From assembly GCA_024704765.1 (NCBI GenBank), contig JAKMXF010000111.1, positions 1,008,619 to 1,072,618 of the forward strand: DNA of 64,000 nt. The letters are read 5' to 3'. The DNA comes from Oopsacas minuta (taxonomy: Eukaryota > Animalia > Porifera). The position numbers and the translations under genes are program-made. Within the stretch, counting starts at the first letter, position 1, and every line of letters begins with the position of its first letter. Below are positions 1 to 15,000 of the stretch, one piece after another. The notes below the pieces were generated by a model. That model had not been told where the DNA came from. It did not search any database and worked only from the letters and a program-made list of their open reading frames with translations.

Positions 1-3000
1 CTAGAAGATCCGTGTACATCAGCATGAATATAAACATCTCCTCCCACTAAATGTTTCTTAACAATAATCTCATTTTGTTGACGATCTCTCCCTCCAATCA
101 CAAGATAATTATCAGAAGAAATAAACCAGTAGAACTTCTCAAACCAATAAGTTTTACGAACTTTCTTAATCAGAGCAATAGTCTGTACTTGTTTAAGAGC
201 TATTTTAGTTTTCCTCTCTGCTGACTTTAGAGCTACTCCAGAAGCAGCAGTAGTCTTTTGTTGCTTTGCAAAGGCTTGTTTCTTCTGTTTATAGTATCTA
301 TCATATAACAGAATAAGTATTCTAGTCTACTCAATCAGGGTATGCTGAATAGTGTCAGAAACCTGGAAATATTAGCATAAGCTGTAAGTGTAACATCTAT
401 ATCAACTAGCATGCCATTTTCTCTACCAGAGGACTGTCTTGATTTAGGGAAGGGAGTAGCACCTAATTCCTCTTCATCGGATTCGGATGATGATTGACTA
501 GATTCGCTCTCTTCAGGGAAACTATACGTAAATAAAGTGACAAATAATCTACAGTCAATTCCCAATGTATCTAACACGGATATATAGAAGTCATAAATTG
601 AAGTAATTTTCGCGATTCCTTGAGCTTCATGACAAGTTGACAACTCAATACTTACGTTAAGTATATGAATACATGGTTATGGTGTAGATCAAGCTTCCTG
701 ATAACTTTAGCTGGATCACTGATAGCTGGATCAGTGTCTGTATTCTCCTGAGCATCTCTTATCATCTTCTCAATAGCACTCCAATCCATTGAGTCACTGA
801 GAGAGTCCCGTATCAGCTCAATCACCTTATCAACTAATTCAAGGTTCTTTTGTATCAGAGTAGCTTTGATCAAATTGGATTCCTGAGAAATAACATTAAG
901 CTAAAGCTCACCATACATAAACAATTAGTTACAAACCTGTATATTCTCCAATTCCCCTATCCTCTTATCATGATCTTTTCGAATGTTAGTTAACTTCTTG
1001 AATGCAGCTTTTTCATGAGTAAATGTCTTGCTACAGATCTTACTCTCTTCCAGCCGTGAAAAGAAACAGTCAACAGCTCTATTGAATGTGTCATAAGTAT
1101 CAACCAGTGATGATTCATACTGTAAGAATAGGAAAGGTTGGAAAGTATCCATTCTACAAAAGTTAAGACTAAATATAGCCATATTAGCTGTTCAAGTGTA
1201 TTTTCTGGGCAAACATTATGTACACATGTGACGTAAGTAAAAGTAAATAATCTCACATTTCAACGTCCTTCTGTTCTTCACCCAGCAGTCTTTCTGTAGC
1301 AGAATCAAATGTCTTAGTTTTCTTAAACACATAACCCTAAACGCAGTAGAATAATATAAACGATACTGATGGAGTATTATCACATAAAGTATACCTTAGC
1401 TTTCTCTGAGTCTTTCATCATAGCTTCTCCAACTAGCAACGCCTCGAATAACATCGCAACATCTGTATATTTATAAAATGAGCATACATAATAATTAATA
1501 CACTGATGAAGTTATAATTACCTGTTTCAGGGTTAAAACCGTTACCAAGTTTACATTTGATATTCATTCCTCTTTGCAGCAAGCAATGTTCTATCAAATA
1601 TCCACCAAAACCTTACAACAAACATATTTATCACATAAATGCTCTAACTTTATTAAAAACAAACCCACTCAGATGATGGTTCAAACTTTTCTTGATATCA
1701 GCTCCTGGTTTGAGTTCACTTACAAATGTCTGTATTCTATAAAATAGGATATTATTGGGAATTTTTTACAAAACTCATCACAAGACACCAAATATTGTGA
1801 TTAAATCTCACCTCTCCAATGTAAGTGGTTTATCAGGGGGTGTAATCTTGTCTACAGGGTACATCTCTCTCACAGCAAACCTAGTCTCTTCTCCATCCTT
1901 CCTTGTACGTAACAGACTCAGTATTATATACTGACCATCTGTTAATATTACATTACCCTAGCATACTAGGCTGTAAAATAATATATAGATTATCATGTAT
2001 TAAGCTTACTCTGTCATATAATTCTACAATAATATGATAGTTATCTGTTCCCGTAGTGAAGAATAGATCTATAACTCTGTCATTACCCATCTGGTTAAGA
2101 GATTCTAACCGAGAGTTACGTATGTGTTTCCGTAACTACACAAGCATAGGAATAATTACAATAATTTGTTAGTTTTACGGAATAAAAATTATACCTTCAT
2201 ACAGAATCCAGAAGGTGTGTTATGCTTAGGCCAGTCAAATTCTGTAAGATGTACTCTTGAGCCTGATTCAAACGTAAGCAGATACCTCTCATCTGGTCTG
2301 AAATATGCAAATAAATAATAGTCATAACAAGTTTAACCAATAAAACGCTGAAAATAAATTAACAGCCGTCCGACAAATATCGAACCCTAGCCATCCATTA
2401 CAAGTTATCAGTAAGAAAGTATTTACAACATTTAGCATTGTATCATATGTCCACAATGAGACAGAATATACACACCTATACACAGAAGATGCATAGCAAG
2501 ATGTGTGATAGGATTACAAAATATATATAGAAATAGATGAGAATGAAATATATTATTAATGATGAGCTATGAATTGTTTGCTAGAGGTTGTTCAGAATGA
2601 AAATTCCAATTCTGTCTTCGGGTTGTCACCTAAGAGAAGTACTTTAGACTTTGGTAGCCAGAATAATCTGAAGTTGTTATGACCTGAGTATGGAGGTACG
2701 GGTTGAGTATCAGAGGGTGTGGCAGCTTGGACAGCCTTCACAAGTTTGACAGTTGGATTGACCATCTGTCCTAAGATAGGGGGTGGAGTTGATACATGCC
2801 AGAGACGAACCTCTGAACTACCTTGACTATAACTACACAAATATTTTCCATCAATAGAGAATGTTAGACAAGTGACAGGTGAACTGTGTCCAACAAATTC
2901 CTGTAATTTATTATGCTTCAAATCGAATAGTCCTATATAACCAGATTTCCTACCTACAGCTAGATTGCTAGTCTTAACACACTGTGTATAACAACCTAGC

Positions 3001-6000
3001 TTCTCAATGGGAGGGAATATCTCTTCAATTTTACGATTTCTGAGTTCATCACTGCCTACACAGAATATTACCAATTGCATGAACTCTACAATCTTAAGAA
3101 CTACATGAGGTAGTCTCTTCTTTAATAATTCCTCTAATATCTTAAGTAAGACCTTTCTAGATCTAGGCAATAAGTGTAATCCTGATTTACTAATACCAGT
3201 TGCTATATCCGGTTCCTGATGCTCGTGACCTGGTACTGGTATCAAAGAATGTGAAGATCCTATAAATTGTATGTAAGTACTAACTTCCTTAGCCAACACA
3301 TCAATCATTTCATCTGCTCTTGTTTGGAATATATTAGTGAGTGCACGCATGGAGATGTTCCTGGCCAGTTGGTAATCAACACTAAGCATTTCTTCTACTG
3401 TGATAACTGGTTGAGTTACTGTTATCTCGAATAGAGACATTAACACAGAGGGAACCTCTAAGTATTTGCAGAAGAAACTGAATCCTTTAGCAATCAGCTC
3501 AGCAGCTGTTCTTCTCAAAGCTCCTTGTAGGGAGCATGATGAAGACTGAGGACAACACAGGATCCCCTGGAGGGAGAGGGCGACATGTTCCATCTCTTGT
3601 TTGCTGAGGATATCCCGATGTGTCCGTTCACTGGGTGTACTCGAGAAATCTTGTCCAGAGTCAGTAAACTCAGCTGCAATAACTGACAGAATAATTAGAG
3701 CAGTGAAGTACTCCTTAGCTTTGATGAGAGCTTCTGGATCGCTGAGATAGTCACCTACAGGAGGAGTTTCTATCTTAGACAGTCTGACCTCACTATGTTT
3801 CTTTCCAGACAATGCCTCCTTGTTACCATAGGTAATCCCCTTCACGCCATTCCTACAAGAGATAGGTTGAGGAGGCAGATGTTGATACCAGTATGTAACA
3901 GTACTCTGTAACGCTTTATAACTGATACTACGTAGCTGAGCTAACAACAGAGCTTGCGCAGCTTCTCGGATTTGTCCGTTATGATGTGGCCATTTGAGAG
4001 CTAATACTGAGAGGTGAGGAGGTGTGAATTTGTGTCCTAGCATTTCCGGTAGGAACACACACGTGAGGGTATTCAGTTGACTACAAGCTGTTAGCTTCCT
4101 CTGAAAAGACTCATCATTACTGGATCTCAGCTGTTTCCTACTGTACAGGTTCATACAACAGTAGCTGAGTGACGTCAGAGCTAACAGATGCTGTGTAGTT
4201 AGACCGGGACTGAGACACCATTTGTAGCAGAGAGGGAAACTAGAGATGGGAGTGTCTTGAAGCTTCAAAAGACTTGGTTCTATCCCCCATCCTGGCAGAT
4301 ATAAAGAAATACAGGAGTATTTGGAGAGGAGACCGTATTGAGGGGACATACCGAATTGGGCAGGTAGGCGTATCTTAAGAAACTCTTGGCAGATGTTATC
4401 AAGCTTAGAATCCATACCCCAGCTGTGTAGACATGAGATTAAAAAACGAGTAAAGAATGCAGTCTCCTGTCTCCTGTCATAAGGAGAAGGTCTCGTGGGA
4501 CTAGAAGAGAGCTCTAAGTCATTAGCACTCACTTTAGAAACTTGTTTGTCACTGCTTGGGATATGTTCAGAAGAAGTCAGCTGATCAATAAGAGGCTCCA
4601 TGTGTATAAGAAGAGTGGGTATAATAGCGTCATGTTGATGAGAACGATACATCTTAATACTAGCAATATTCTTTGTATTAATCAGTGAATTCTTACCAAC
4701 TTTAGGTATCTTTACTCCCAAGCTATCTCTACGCTGACCACTTGATAATCCTCCTGAATTGCTAGTGGTGATAATTTCTTCAGCTAGATGTCCTACTATA
4801 ACCCGGTCCAGAACTCCTGTGTCCATCTGCCATATGTAAACACGTCCATCATCACACCTTATAAGCATCAAGTCTTCTGCTGGCTTCCAACGTACGTGTG
4901 TGACAGGAGCAGAATGGTTTCCACATAGCAATACCTCCCTGAATTCTGAAAGACTCAGTATAGCAACTGAGTAGTCCTGGCCTATAGAGCATACTCCACA
5001 GTTCAGACGTGTGTTAGTCATTTTAGGACACACCTTCAAACGTAGTACCTCACCTACATGCTCTGTAAAGCAATGTAGATGTAATCTGTTCTCTATATCC
5101 CACACCCTAACTACTCCGTCAGCTCCTCCTGTCATTATGTATTTACTGTTAAACTGCTCAGAGTATTGTCTCGGGTACAATAGAGCTGTTACACGACCCC
5201 TATGAGCTTTCAACACGACTACGTCATCAGTAACACTATCTCCTGAACAAGATCTAAACACTATCTGATCCAAAGTTTTAACAAGAGGGAATATGATGAC
5301 GTAACCGTTGGTAAGGCCACACATAACTTTAGCTAGCTCAGGCAGATATAGGATAGAACTGATGTTGAAGTTGTTAGTAAAACCAGGATCTCTCTCCACC
5401 CAAGAGGATTCTAATACCATGACGTCATCTGGAATATGAGATGGTGAAACTGAGGAGTGAGACAGGAGTACTTCTTTAAAGTATGACGTCAGTCCTGATT
5501 GTTTGTCCAACAGTTCCCAGACATCTTTTAGTGACGTGGTGTAGTGAGGACAAGTCTTAGGTGGGTCTGACTGTTCCTTATCTGCTACCAAATCTAAGTC
5601 TAACTCCCACATAAGGAGAGACCCACTTACATTAGCTTGTACAAGCAGAACCTTACCATCTCTGTGTAACAGGTCCCATGAGGAGTACATTGGGATACTA
5701 ACACTTGTATCAGCCTGTAGACACCTCAAATATGTAACTTCAAACTTGTCCTCAGTACTAGTGGGCAGGAAGGAGTACATATGTGCTGTACTCAAACGTG
5801 ACCAAACTACAATATGCTCGTTATCAACAAAATCACCTCCCGACAGAGAGAACATATGGTCCATGCAGTCTACATGACACAGTTCTGGCAGCTGAGACTT
5901 AACACGTACTCCCAATACCTTAAAATATGAAGTGCCTACTACAAGTAATCTCTGAGCTATTAGTTTAGGCCAGTAAGTTAGATGCTGTACATTTATGTAA

Positions 6001-9000
6001 TCAGTGTGTCTACTCTTATCTTCTTCTTTACAGTAAGATTCTCTAGGAGACTGTAAATCAAGTCTGGGTACATCCCATATCTTAATCAGAGGTTCTGCTG
6101 TTATAGCGAGTACGTGAGTCTCCTTCTGATGGAGAGATAGAGGTAGAGGTAGCATAGCATTGATCCAATTCGGTTGCTCTTCACTGGTCAGGATTATAGC
6201 TAGATCTAGAGTTCTAGCGTCAAGAAGATAAGCTCTGCTATATTTACCAAATACTAGGAGGAGATGATTGGTCTGTGGAGGTCCCATGTACTTCATACGG
6301 ATATGTTCTCCTTCCAGGATTATTTGATGGGTACAAGCTCCATCCTTTGCATCCCAGCGGATAATCTCACCGTTACTACTAGCAGAGTATAGCATAGTAC
6401 CATCTTGTGAGTAGCAGAGAGCTGAAATTTGTTCAGAAGCACCGACTAGTAACAACTTAGCATGAGCCTGGTAGTTGTTGATAGGAGGGATAATCTGACC
6501 AGATAATTGATCAGTAGATACACGGGTAAACTCACGAAAAGACAGGCTCCATATACATATGAATCCCGATCTACAACCGGTAGCTACTTCCTGACCACTT
6601 GGACTAATAGCACAACAAGTAACATGATGGGACGGAGGTTCATTTCCCCAAAAGACGAGAGGAACTACAGTGGACATTATTACAGCTTTCTAGATCTTTG
6701 AAAGTTTGTATAGAAATTATAATATATCTGCAAGATAATCAAATATATAGTATACGTATGTCAATAAAATACGCATTTGCGACACAATATAAAGAAACGA
6801 TATACCTTTACATTGAATGAGTTTATTGATAGCATTGCAGATTTGATAAGATATGAATATGTGATAATATTCAGATTAAAATCAATTAAATGCTCCATTT
6901 ATATCACTAATTGGAAGATAATGAGGTGAACGAGATCCTATTTAGAAATCTCAAGAGTTAACTCAGGTGTCACATGTATCTAGTGCTTACGTGAATTCAT
7001 AGACAAATTATTAAATATACACATATGACATCGCTAATTGTGTATTTAAAAATGCAGAAAATTCAACAAATAAGTAAGCTGGCCGTATAAATCCGATATT
7101 GTATAAATCATGTTAGTATTAGTTGGGAGAATTCACGGGAATGAATTTATAAATGTCTTCATAGAAGCTCTATAATGAAATACTAAGGGTATCGTTAATT
7201 TAATAAATAAGGATGGTACATTCAACGCAGAGGCCATTCCTAATCTATAATTATAGTGGGTATAACAAAGCATAAATTTATATTAGCCTAATAGGTTAAA
7301 TGAGTAAAACATTACACGGCTTTTGTAAAAGTAGCAATTCTTATACTATGGAAAGCTTGCTGACAGAAATAATAGAATTAACAATTCAATCTATTGGCAC
7401 AAGACAAACCACATGTCTGTAGAATTATAGAATAGGTGGTATAATAGCAGGGTTCAACTCTTGAACGAGGTAAGCAAAACTGTAGAAAATTGAATAAATA
7501 GAGCAGGATAGAGCATACCATGTTACAATTATAATTTTCTTAAAATAATTTATAAGATTGAAAATTGTCTACGTTATTGCTATATGCCAAACTCAATGCT
7601 GTATGCTGAATATGGTGAAATAACTTTTGTGTAATTAGGGGTAGAGTCATGTGAGTGCCAAGTTTATTCATCAGAAACGTATACAATAAAATCTAGGAAT
7701 TAATCACATAATAGTGAGAACCAAACTGATTTTGAAATTACCTAAGTGGACAGAAAGTAAATAATTCTGATCATTCACACGAGTGGGTGCACGTCTAGCT
7801 GCAGGCGCACCTGTATGTGTCAATTCTGCTGATATTAGTTGACGTAGCATAATTTCGTATCATAAATTTGAAACATTGGTGAGTAACACTAGCTGGAGCT
7901 CTGTTAGAGCCCATAGAACTGTGACGATAGTTCACATATTTGAATAATAAGTAGAGGCCAATATAGTGGGATAGCAATATAAACAATGCATGATGTGTTT
8001 AATAGAGTATAGAAAATACAATTTATTTATCTTTGATTAAGTATGAGTATAAATGTTCAAAGGAAAATTGTAAAATGATGTGAGCCACTTTTGATTATGA
8101 CTTGGGCGATTTAATAGACTGTGTAGTCAGTAAGAAATATACATACAATTTCTTGAATAAAATACAAAGTGAATATAGAATTACAAATGAGAGAGCCTAT
8201 AAACGTGTCAATTCCTGGCGGATTGCTCCTCTCCCCAACCAGAGTGTGCAGTTGGTTTATGTTTGTCTAAAGTGAGTTGTTGGAATACTTCCAAGTTAAG
8301 AGGAGTGTGTGGGTCATCCCGAAGGAATAGGAACACGTTCCCCCCGATAAACTCATGCACGACCGTCGGATCACAAGATAGACAAGTGAAACCAAAGTCT
8401 CCCTCCTCGTGAATAACCCTCATCTCCCTAGTTTTCCAATTAATTTTCCATCGCTCCATGGCAGGATATCGCCATACTTTTACTTGAGCGAATGTGTTAA
8501 TATCAATAGCAATCAAGCGGTCGAATGCTATCCCGAGTAGAGCATCTCTCTTAGGTCTTGTGAATTGAACCAGAAAATAACTGATGCCAAAATTTTGTAA
8601 CTTAGCCCAGTTAGAAATGTACTCCATCTGAGCTTCAATCAGTGACAGATGAGGGATAGAAGCATGGGATTCTACTATTTTACGTGATAAATCTTTCATT
8701 TTGCTCTTGTATTTCTTAATAAACGACTGACTGACCAGAAGATTTGGCTGTAATTCTGGATTAGCTGCTCCAGGTGTAGCGCCATTTGTATCATTCTTAC
8801 CAACCTGCATAGCAATAAATGCATTCACACTAGCTTTCTCTCTCTCTAACTTACTCTCTGTAATAATCTCTCCTCTACCAGCTATTTTGAAGCTAGCCAT
8901 CCATTTTACATACTCGTCAGCATTATCACACAACACGCGAATATCATCACCACTTTCCAGCTGTAGAGTTATAGCATACTTGTTCTTAGCAGGGTCTAGA

Positions 9001-12000
9001 TCTGCCTCACTCACTGCTCCTTTCAGATTGTATTTATCAATAATGTTGCTATCGTCACTAGTCTTATATTCACATAAAGTCACACCTTGAAGCATGAACC
9101 AATAACGCTTTGGTCCTCGAAGTGTGAATCCACCCTTCGTTAATCTCATGTATCCAAATGTCTCCTCAGCCGGAGCCTGCATGTCTGTGTCTGTCTGACC
9201 TAGACTATCCTTTAGCTCCATTAGCTGTTGGTCTATATCTGAAGCGATAGCTGCGAAATTTTCTTTCTTTTGTTGTTCATTCTGAGAATACGCGAGTGTA
9301 ACTTGAAACTGTAATGCTGCGAATGTCATCGCCTCCTCTTCCGTACAATCTACTTCTTCACATAACACAGACCACTTAGCCTGTTCAAACAGCTGACGTA
9401 TCCTAAAGTCATCCAGTTGTGGGTTCAGATCCAAGAAGGCATGATACTTGAAACGGAGATACAGATGATCCTCATCAAACACATCTTGTTCGTATAAGGA
9501 TCGATTTGATTCCAACCAATTACTGTTGATATAAGCAAGATCCTTCAAGTTCTTGGTATATTCCTTAGCGAATAGATCAGCTGAATCATTCTGTCTGTGA
9601 AACTGAACTCCTTCAGGCTGGTATCCATAGTTCACGTCAGGATGATAGGTTCCATCTTCTAAACCGGCACCTTTTTCAACTTTCTTCTTCTTCTTGCGAC
9701 CTCCAACCGCACAATCCTCGCGAAATTTCAGAAGTGAGAGTTCCTCAGGACGACGGATACTCATTCGACGACACAACTCCATCACCACTTCGAACACGGG
9801 TCTACTGAAATTCATTACACACTTATACACTGACTTATCTGGTAATTCAACATAGAATCTATGATTCAGATTCAGTAATTGTATCTTTGCATCTGACATA
9901 ACTCCGTAACCATGAAGGGACTGTTGATGCTTACGCAACCACAATCTCTGTTCAGGCCACCATAAGCCGTAGTGTGATATGTTAGTTTCCAGGAGCTTGG
10001 AGGATAGAGTATTCAGTACGTGACCAACTGACCAATCACTCCTAACACGTAATACCTTTCTTGCACCCATATGCAACACCTCAACAGCGAGATCCCATTC
10101 CACCTCTTTAGCAGCCATAAATACAATATGAATATTCTGTCTCAACAATTGAATATTTGTCTGCAATATTTCAATTTCCACTGGCACTTATACTAAGAGA
10201 AGAGCTTACAGCCTATTAAGTGTATTTGTAGTTATAAAGTTGCAAAGGATTAGTCGACAGAAACCAAAAAATCAGTATACTAAGTCCACTTATATGGAAA
10301 GAATAATCGACTAGCCATATTTATACAAACGCAGTAATAAGCAATATTTATGGAGCTATCATTTTTGTAACTATGGAGACATATTGTTGTTGTATTAAAA
10401 TCTATGTGACAGTAAATTATGGCCATAGAAAGTCTGTATCAATATTACTACGAGGATTGTTTCTGACAGAAATTGAGACGCTACAAGTGTCAACCAAGAG
10501 GGATTCCCATAAATATTACCTAGAATAAATTTTAGCAAAACAGGTGATCTCTTCAAATCTGGAATGTCATGAATGGATGAGTCAGAATATTATCAAACAA
10601 TTAGATAGTGTAGAAATTTCAAAAGGAACTTACACAATACTGCATTAAATTATATGCCATAATTATGAATCTGTCAAGCAGTAATATTACAGCAGGTCAG
10701 ACTAACTTACAAATGAAACAAACACCTGTATATTATAATCATTGAATTAGGTGTTAAGCAGCTTTTGTAACGCAATGATGCCACATTAAGAGTACTTTTG
10801 GTAAGAATACGTATACGTACTTATATAATCATGAATAATAATGTGGGTGGGGGGAACACAAGGCAGCACACATTTGCTCACTCTGGCAGACTTGTGAGCC
10901 AATTACACCAGAAGTACAGAATGCTTGGCTCTTTAATTAGAAAGATACGTCTTGAAGATGAGTCGGTTCAGGTTACAGAGGCGCGAGAAGTTTCTGTCCA
11001 AAAGGATTCAGCAGGAATATTGCTTCAAGAACAATTCGAGGGTTCCTCGCTACGAACGATACCTCAAGATGTATTGGGACACATTTGCCGATGGACTGTA
11101 TCGATAAACCTCGGTCAGAGATATGGCATCATCATTGGTGCCACATCTCGTTTGTTACCCGGGACTTAGCCCACATAAGCAGAAAGTAATTATATTATAT
11201 GATCGATGAGCGTTATGGACTAGAGATCTCACATACAATTTCTGAATAAAATACAAAGTGAATAGAATTACAAATAAGAGAGCCTAATGCACAAATTCCC
11301 TGGCGGATTGTTCCTCTCCCCAACCAGAGTGTGCAGTGGGTTTGTCTAAGGTGAGTTGTTGGAATACTTTCAAGTCAAGAGGTGCGTATGGATCATCTCG
11401 TAGGTATAGGAACACGTTCCCCCCGATAAATTCATGTACAATCCTCAGGTCACATGAGAGACAAGTAAAACCAAAGTCTCCCTCCTCATGAATGACCCTC
11501 ATCTCCTTAGATTTCCAATTAATTTTCCACTGCTCCATGCCAGCATACCGCCACACTTTAATCTGATCAAAAGTGTTAATATCTATAGCTACCATGCGAT
11601 TGAATGCTATCCCGAGTAGAGCTTCTCTTTTAGGTCTTGTGAAATGAACCACAAAATAGCTGATACCAAAATCTAGTAACACCATCCAATTACGAATGTA
11701 CTGCATCTGAGCATCAATTAGGGATAGATTAAGGAAGGAAGCATGCGCTTCTACTATTTTACGTGATAAGTCCTTAACCTTGCTCTTGTATTTTTTAATG
11801 AACCTCTGACTGACCAGAAGATTTGGCTGTAATTCTGGATTAGCTGCTCCAGGTGTAGCGCCATTTGTATCATTCTTACCAACCTGCATAGCAATAAATG
11901 CATTCACACTAGCTTTCTCTCTCTCTAACTTACTCTCTGTAATAATCTCTCCTCTACCAGCTATTTTGAAGCTAGCCATCCATTTTACATACTCGTCAGC

Positions 12001-15000
12001 ATTATCACACAACACGCGAATATCATCACCACTTTCCAGCTGTAGAGTTATAGCATACTTGTTCTTAGCAGGGTCTAGATCTGCCTCACTCACTGCTCCT
12101 TTCAGATTGTATTTATCAATAATGTTGCTATCGTCACTAGTCTTATATTCACATAAAGTCACACCTTGAAGCATGAACCAATAACGCTTTGGTCCTCGAA
12201 GTGTGAATCCACCCTTCGTTAATCTCATGTACCCAAATGTCTCCTCAGCCGGAGCCTGCATGTCTGTATCTGTCTGACCTAGACTATCCTTTAGCTCCAT
12301 TAGCTGTTGGTCTATATCTGAAGCGATAGCTGCGAAATTTTCTTTCTTTTGTTGTTCATTCTGAGAATACGCGAGTGTAACTTGAAACTGTAATGCTGCG
12401 AATGTCATCGCCTCCTCTTCCGTACAATCTACTTCTTCACATAACACAGACCACTTAGCCTGTTCAAACAGCTGACGTATCCTAAAGTCATCCAGTTGTG
12501 GGTTCAGATCCAAGAAGGCATGATACTTGAAACGGAGATACAGATGATCCTCATCAAACACATCTTGTTCGTATAAGGATCGATTTGATTCCAACCAATT
12601 ACTGTTGATATAAGCAAGATCCTTCAAGTTCTTGGTATATTCCTTAGCGAATAGATCAGCTGAATCATTCTGTCTGTGAAACTGAACTCCTTCAGGCTGG
12701 TATCCATAGTTCACGTCAGGATGATAGGTTCCATCTTCTGAACCGACGCCTTTTTCAACTTTCTTCTTCTTCTTGCGACCTCCAACCGCACAATCCTCGC
12801 GAAATTTCAGAAGTGAGAGTTCCTCAGGACGACGGATACTCATTCGACGACACAACTCCATCACCACTTCGAACACGGGTCTACTGAAATTCATTACACA
12901 CTTATACACTGACTTATCTGGTAATTCAACATAGAATCTATGATTCAGATTCAGTAATTGTATCTTTGCATCTGACATAACTCCGTAACCATGAAGGGAC
13001 TGTTGATGCTTACGCAACCACAATCTCTGTTCAGGCCACCATAAGCCGTAGTGTGATATGTTAGTTTCCAGGAGCTTGGAGGATAGAGTATTCAGTACGT
13101 GACCAACTGACCAATCACTCCTAACACGTAATACCTTTCTTGCACCCATATGCAACACCTCAACAGCGAGATCCCATTCCACCTCTTTAGCAGCCATAAA
13201 TATATTATTCTATTTATGAAAATTATGTCTCAACAATTTCCAGAATATTGTGTTTCAATATTCACTGGCTGTTATATAAAGACACAAGACCTTAGGCCTA
13301 TCATACTTCTAGAATAGCTATTAAGTCGTAGAGGAGAGTTGGAAACCAAAAAATTATTTGCACTAGTACCACTTTTATGGATAATCAAAAGTATTATCTA
13401 TAATACTTACGAAAGAATTTGTATAACAATTATACAAATTCTTTCCAGACATATTGACGCCAAATATGTATCGTAAAATTATTGACAAATTTATCAGTAT
13501 TTGGAAACGTGGCATTCGAATCAAAGGACAAATAATCGACATATTAGTTCTCAGTGGCATACCATTGTGGTTATACCAGGTTATAGCTAGAGATTCAAAT
13601 TGTAATTAATTGGAGATATCAAGTTGGTGTGTATCTCGCAAAGGTCGTGAGACAGCTATAATTCGAGGTTAGAAAACAGCTATATCGACGAGAGTACTCT
13701 ATTACATTCATTAATTGATATAATAAAATAGCTATCTAGAATCTTGTACGATAAGTGTACCTTCAGGTATCCCCTCCAACCTTATGAGTAGGTAACGTAT
13801 TTGGTAACGACCTCTCCCATCCTTCTTAAGGTCTGCATTAACCCGTCCCATTCTCCTCTGCCCCCGTACATTATACTCTATACGCATGTGGTCACTATCA
13901 CCCACTTTGTAGGGGACATGATCAATGTGTCTCCGTCTGTTCCAACCTGTGTGTTCCCCAAACCCGCGAATTGGCTCACCCAGTACTCGTCTTACATTCT
14001 CATCTTCTCGTATAACCTTAAGTGTCCGAGTGAATAAAGAGTTGAGTGAGTTACTTGAGAAGAATTCGCTAAAAAATGCCCAAATAAGAATCGCAGTTAA
14101 TCCGAATGCTACAATAATAACGCCAGAGTATGTTGCATCCTTTCCACCGCGTACAACTTTCTCTATTGGAGTAAGTGCTTTAGGATCTCTTTCTACAACT
14201 TTCAACAAACTAGAGTGTCTGATTTTCTCATTCACATTTTCCTGGTCAAGGGGAGACTGTAATTTTGTTGAATAACATAAATACGTATGTTTGTAAGGTT
14301 TGCCATAGGCTATGGGTTGGTATACTCTTGAAATAAAACTCATACTAACGGGTTTTCTTGAAATGATGAAGATGGAGCGAAATAACGAATGCATTATACT
14401 TTCAAACGAATTTCCAAATCAGTAGAGTGTAGCTAAGGTATAAAGTAATGGATAATGTTCCTCTCCATGGCTACTCTATAACATATTCCAGATTAACAGA
14501 GCCTTTCACAAAATATGGAGACTACTAATACTAACGTTATGTTTGTATGTTTCAATTTGGGAGCACGTTAGAACTTAGAACTACCAATAATTTCAAACAA
14601 AACGTAGCCTATAATGCCCAGAAGGTAACGTGTATACTTTGTATAAATTAATGCGCAAATATTCACAGCTAATGGTAAAAATGAAGTGACAGAGTGCAGT
14701 GTACTAATTAGTGTTCTAATACGTGAAACTTTACAACTATGGAATAATGTTCTCCTGAACATTATCCACTAGGGAATATCGTCCCTGAACATTATTAATA
14801 TGTCATAAGTACTTTGGGGTGTAAGCGAGATTTGGGGATCCCCGTCCCTAAAACGCTAGCGATATAGGAACGGGGAGGGGCGAAACTTAGATCTCGAAAA
14901 CAAGTTAAACGCTTACACCAGAAGGAAGTTATTAGTAAAGATATAGAATTTTATAAGACAGGAATCACGGGATTGTGAAGTGTCAAAATTTACAAATTTA

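Noticed and set aside
1-2297. NEMF body as a 5'-truncated pseudogene
   Set aside because: The missing exons exist at 19966-20258 with intact frame and matching phase.
8208-13197. Kindlin pair as a pure assembly duplication or uncollapsed haplotypes
   Set aside because: The 3' ~500 bp and both flanks are far too diverged for alleles. Only the identical tract still needs read-level confirmation.
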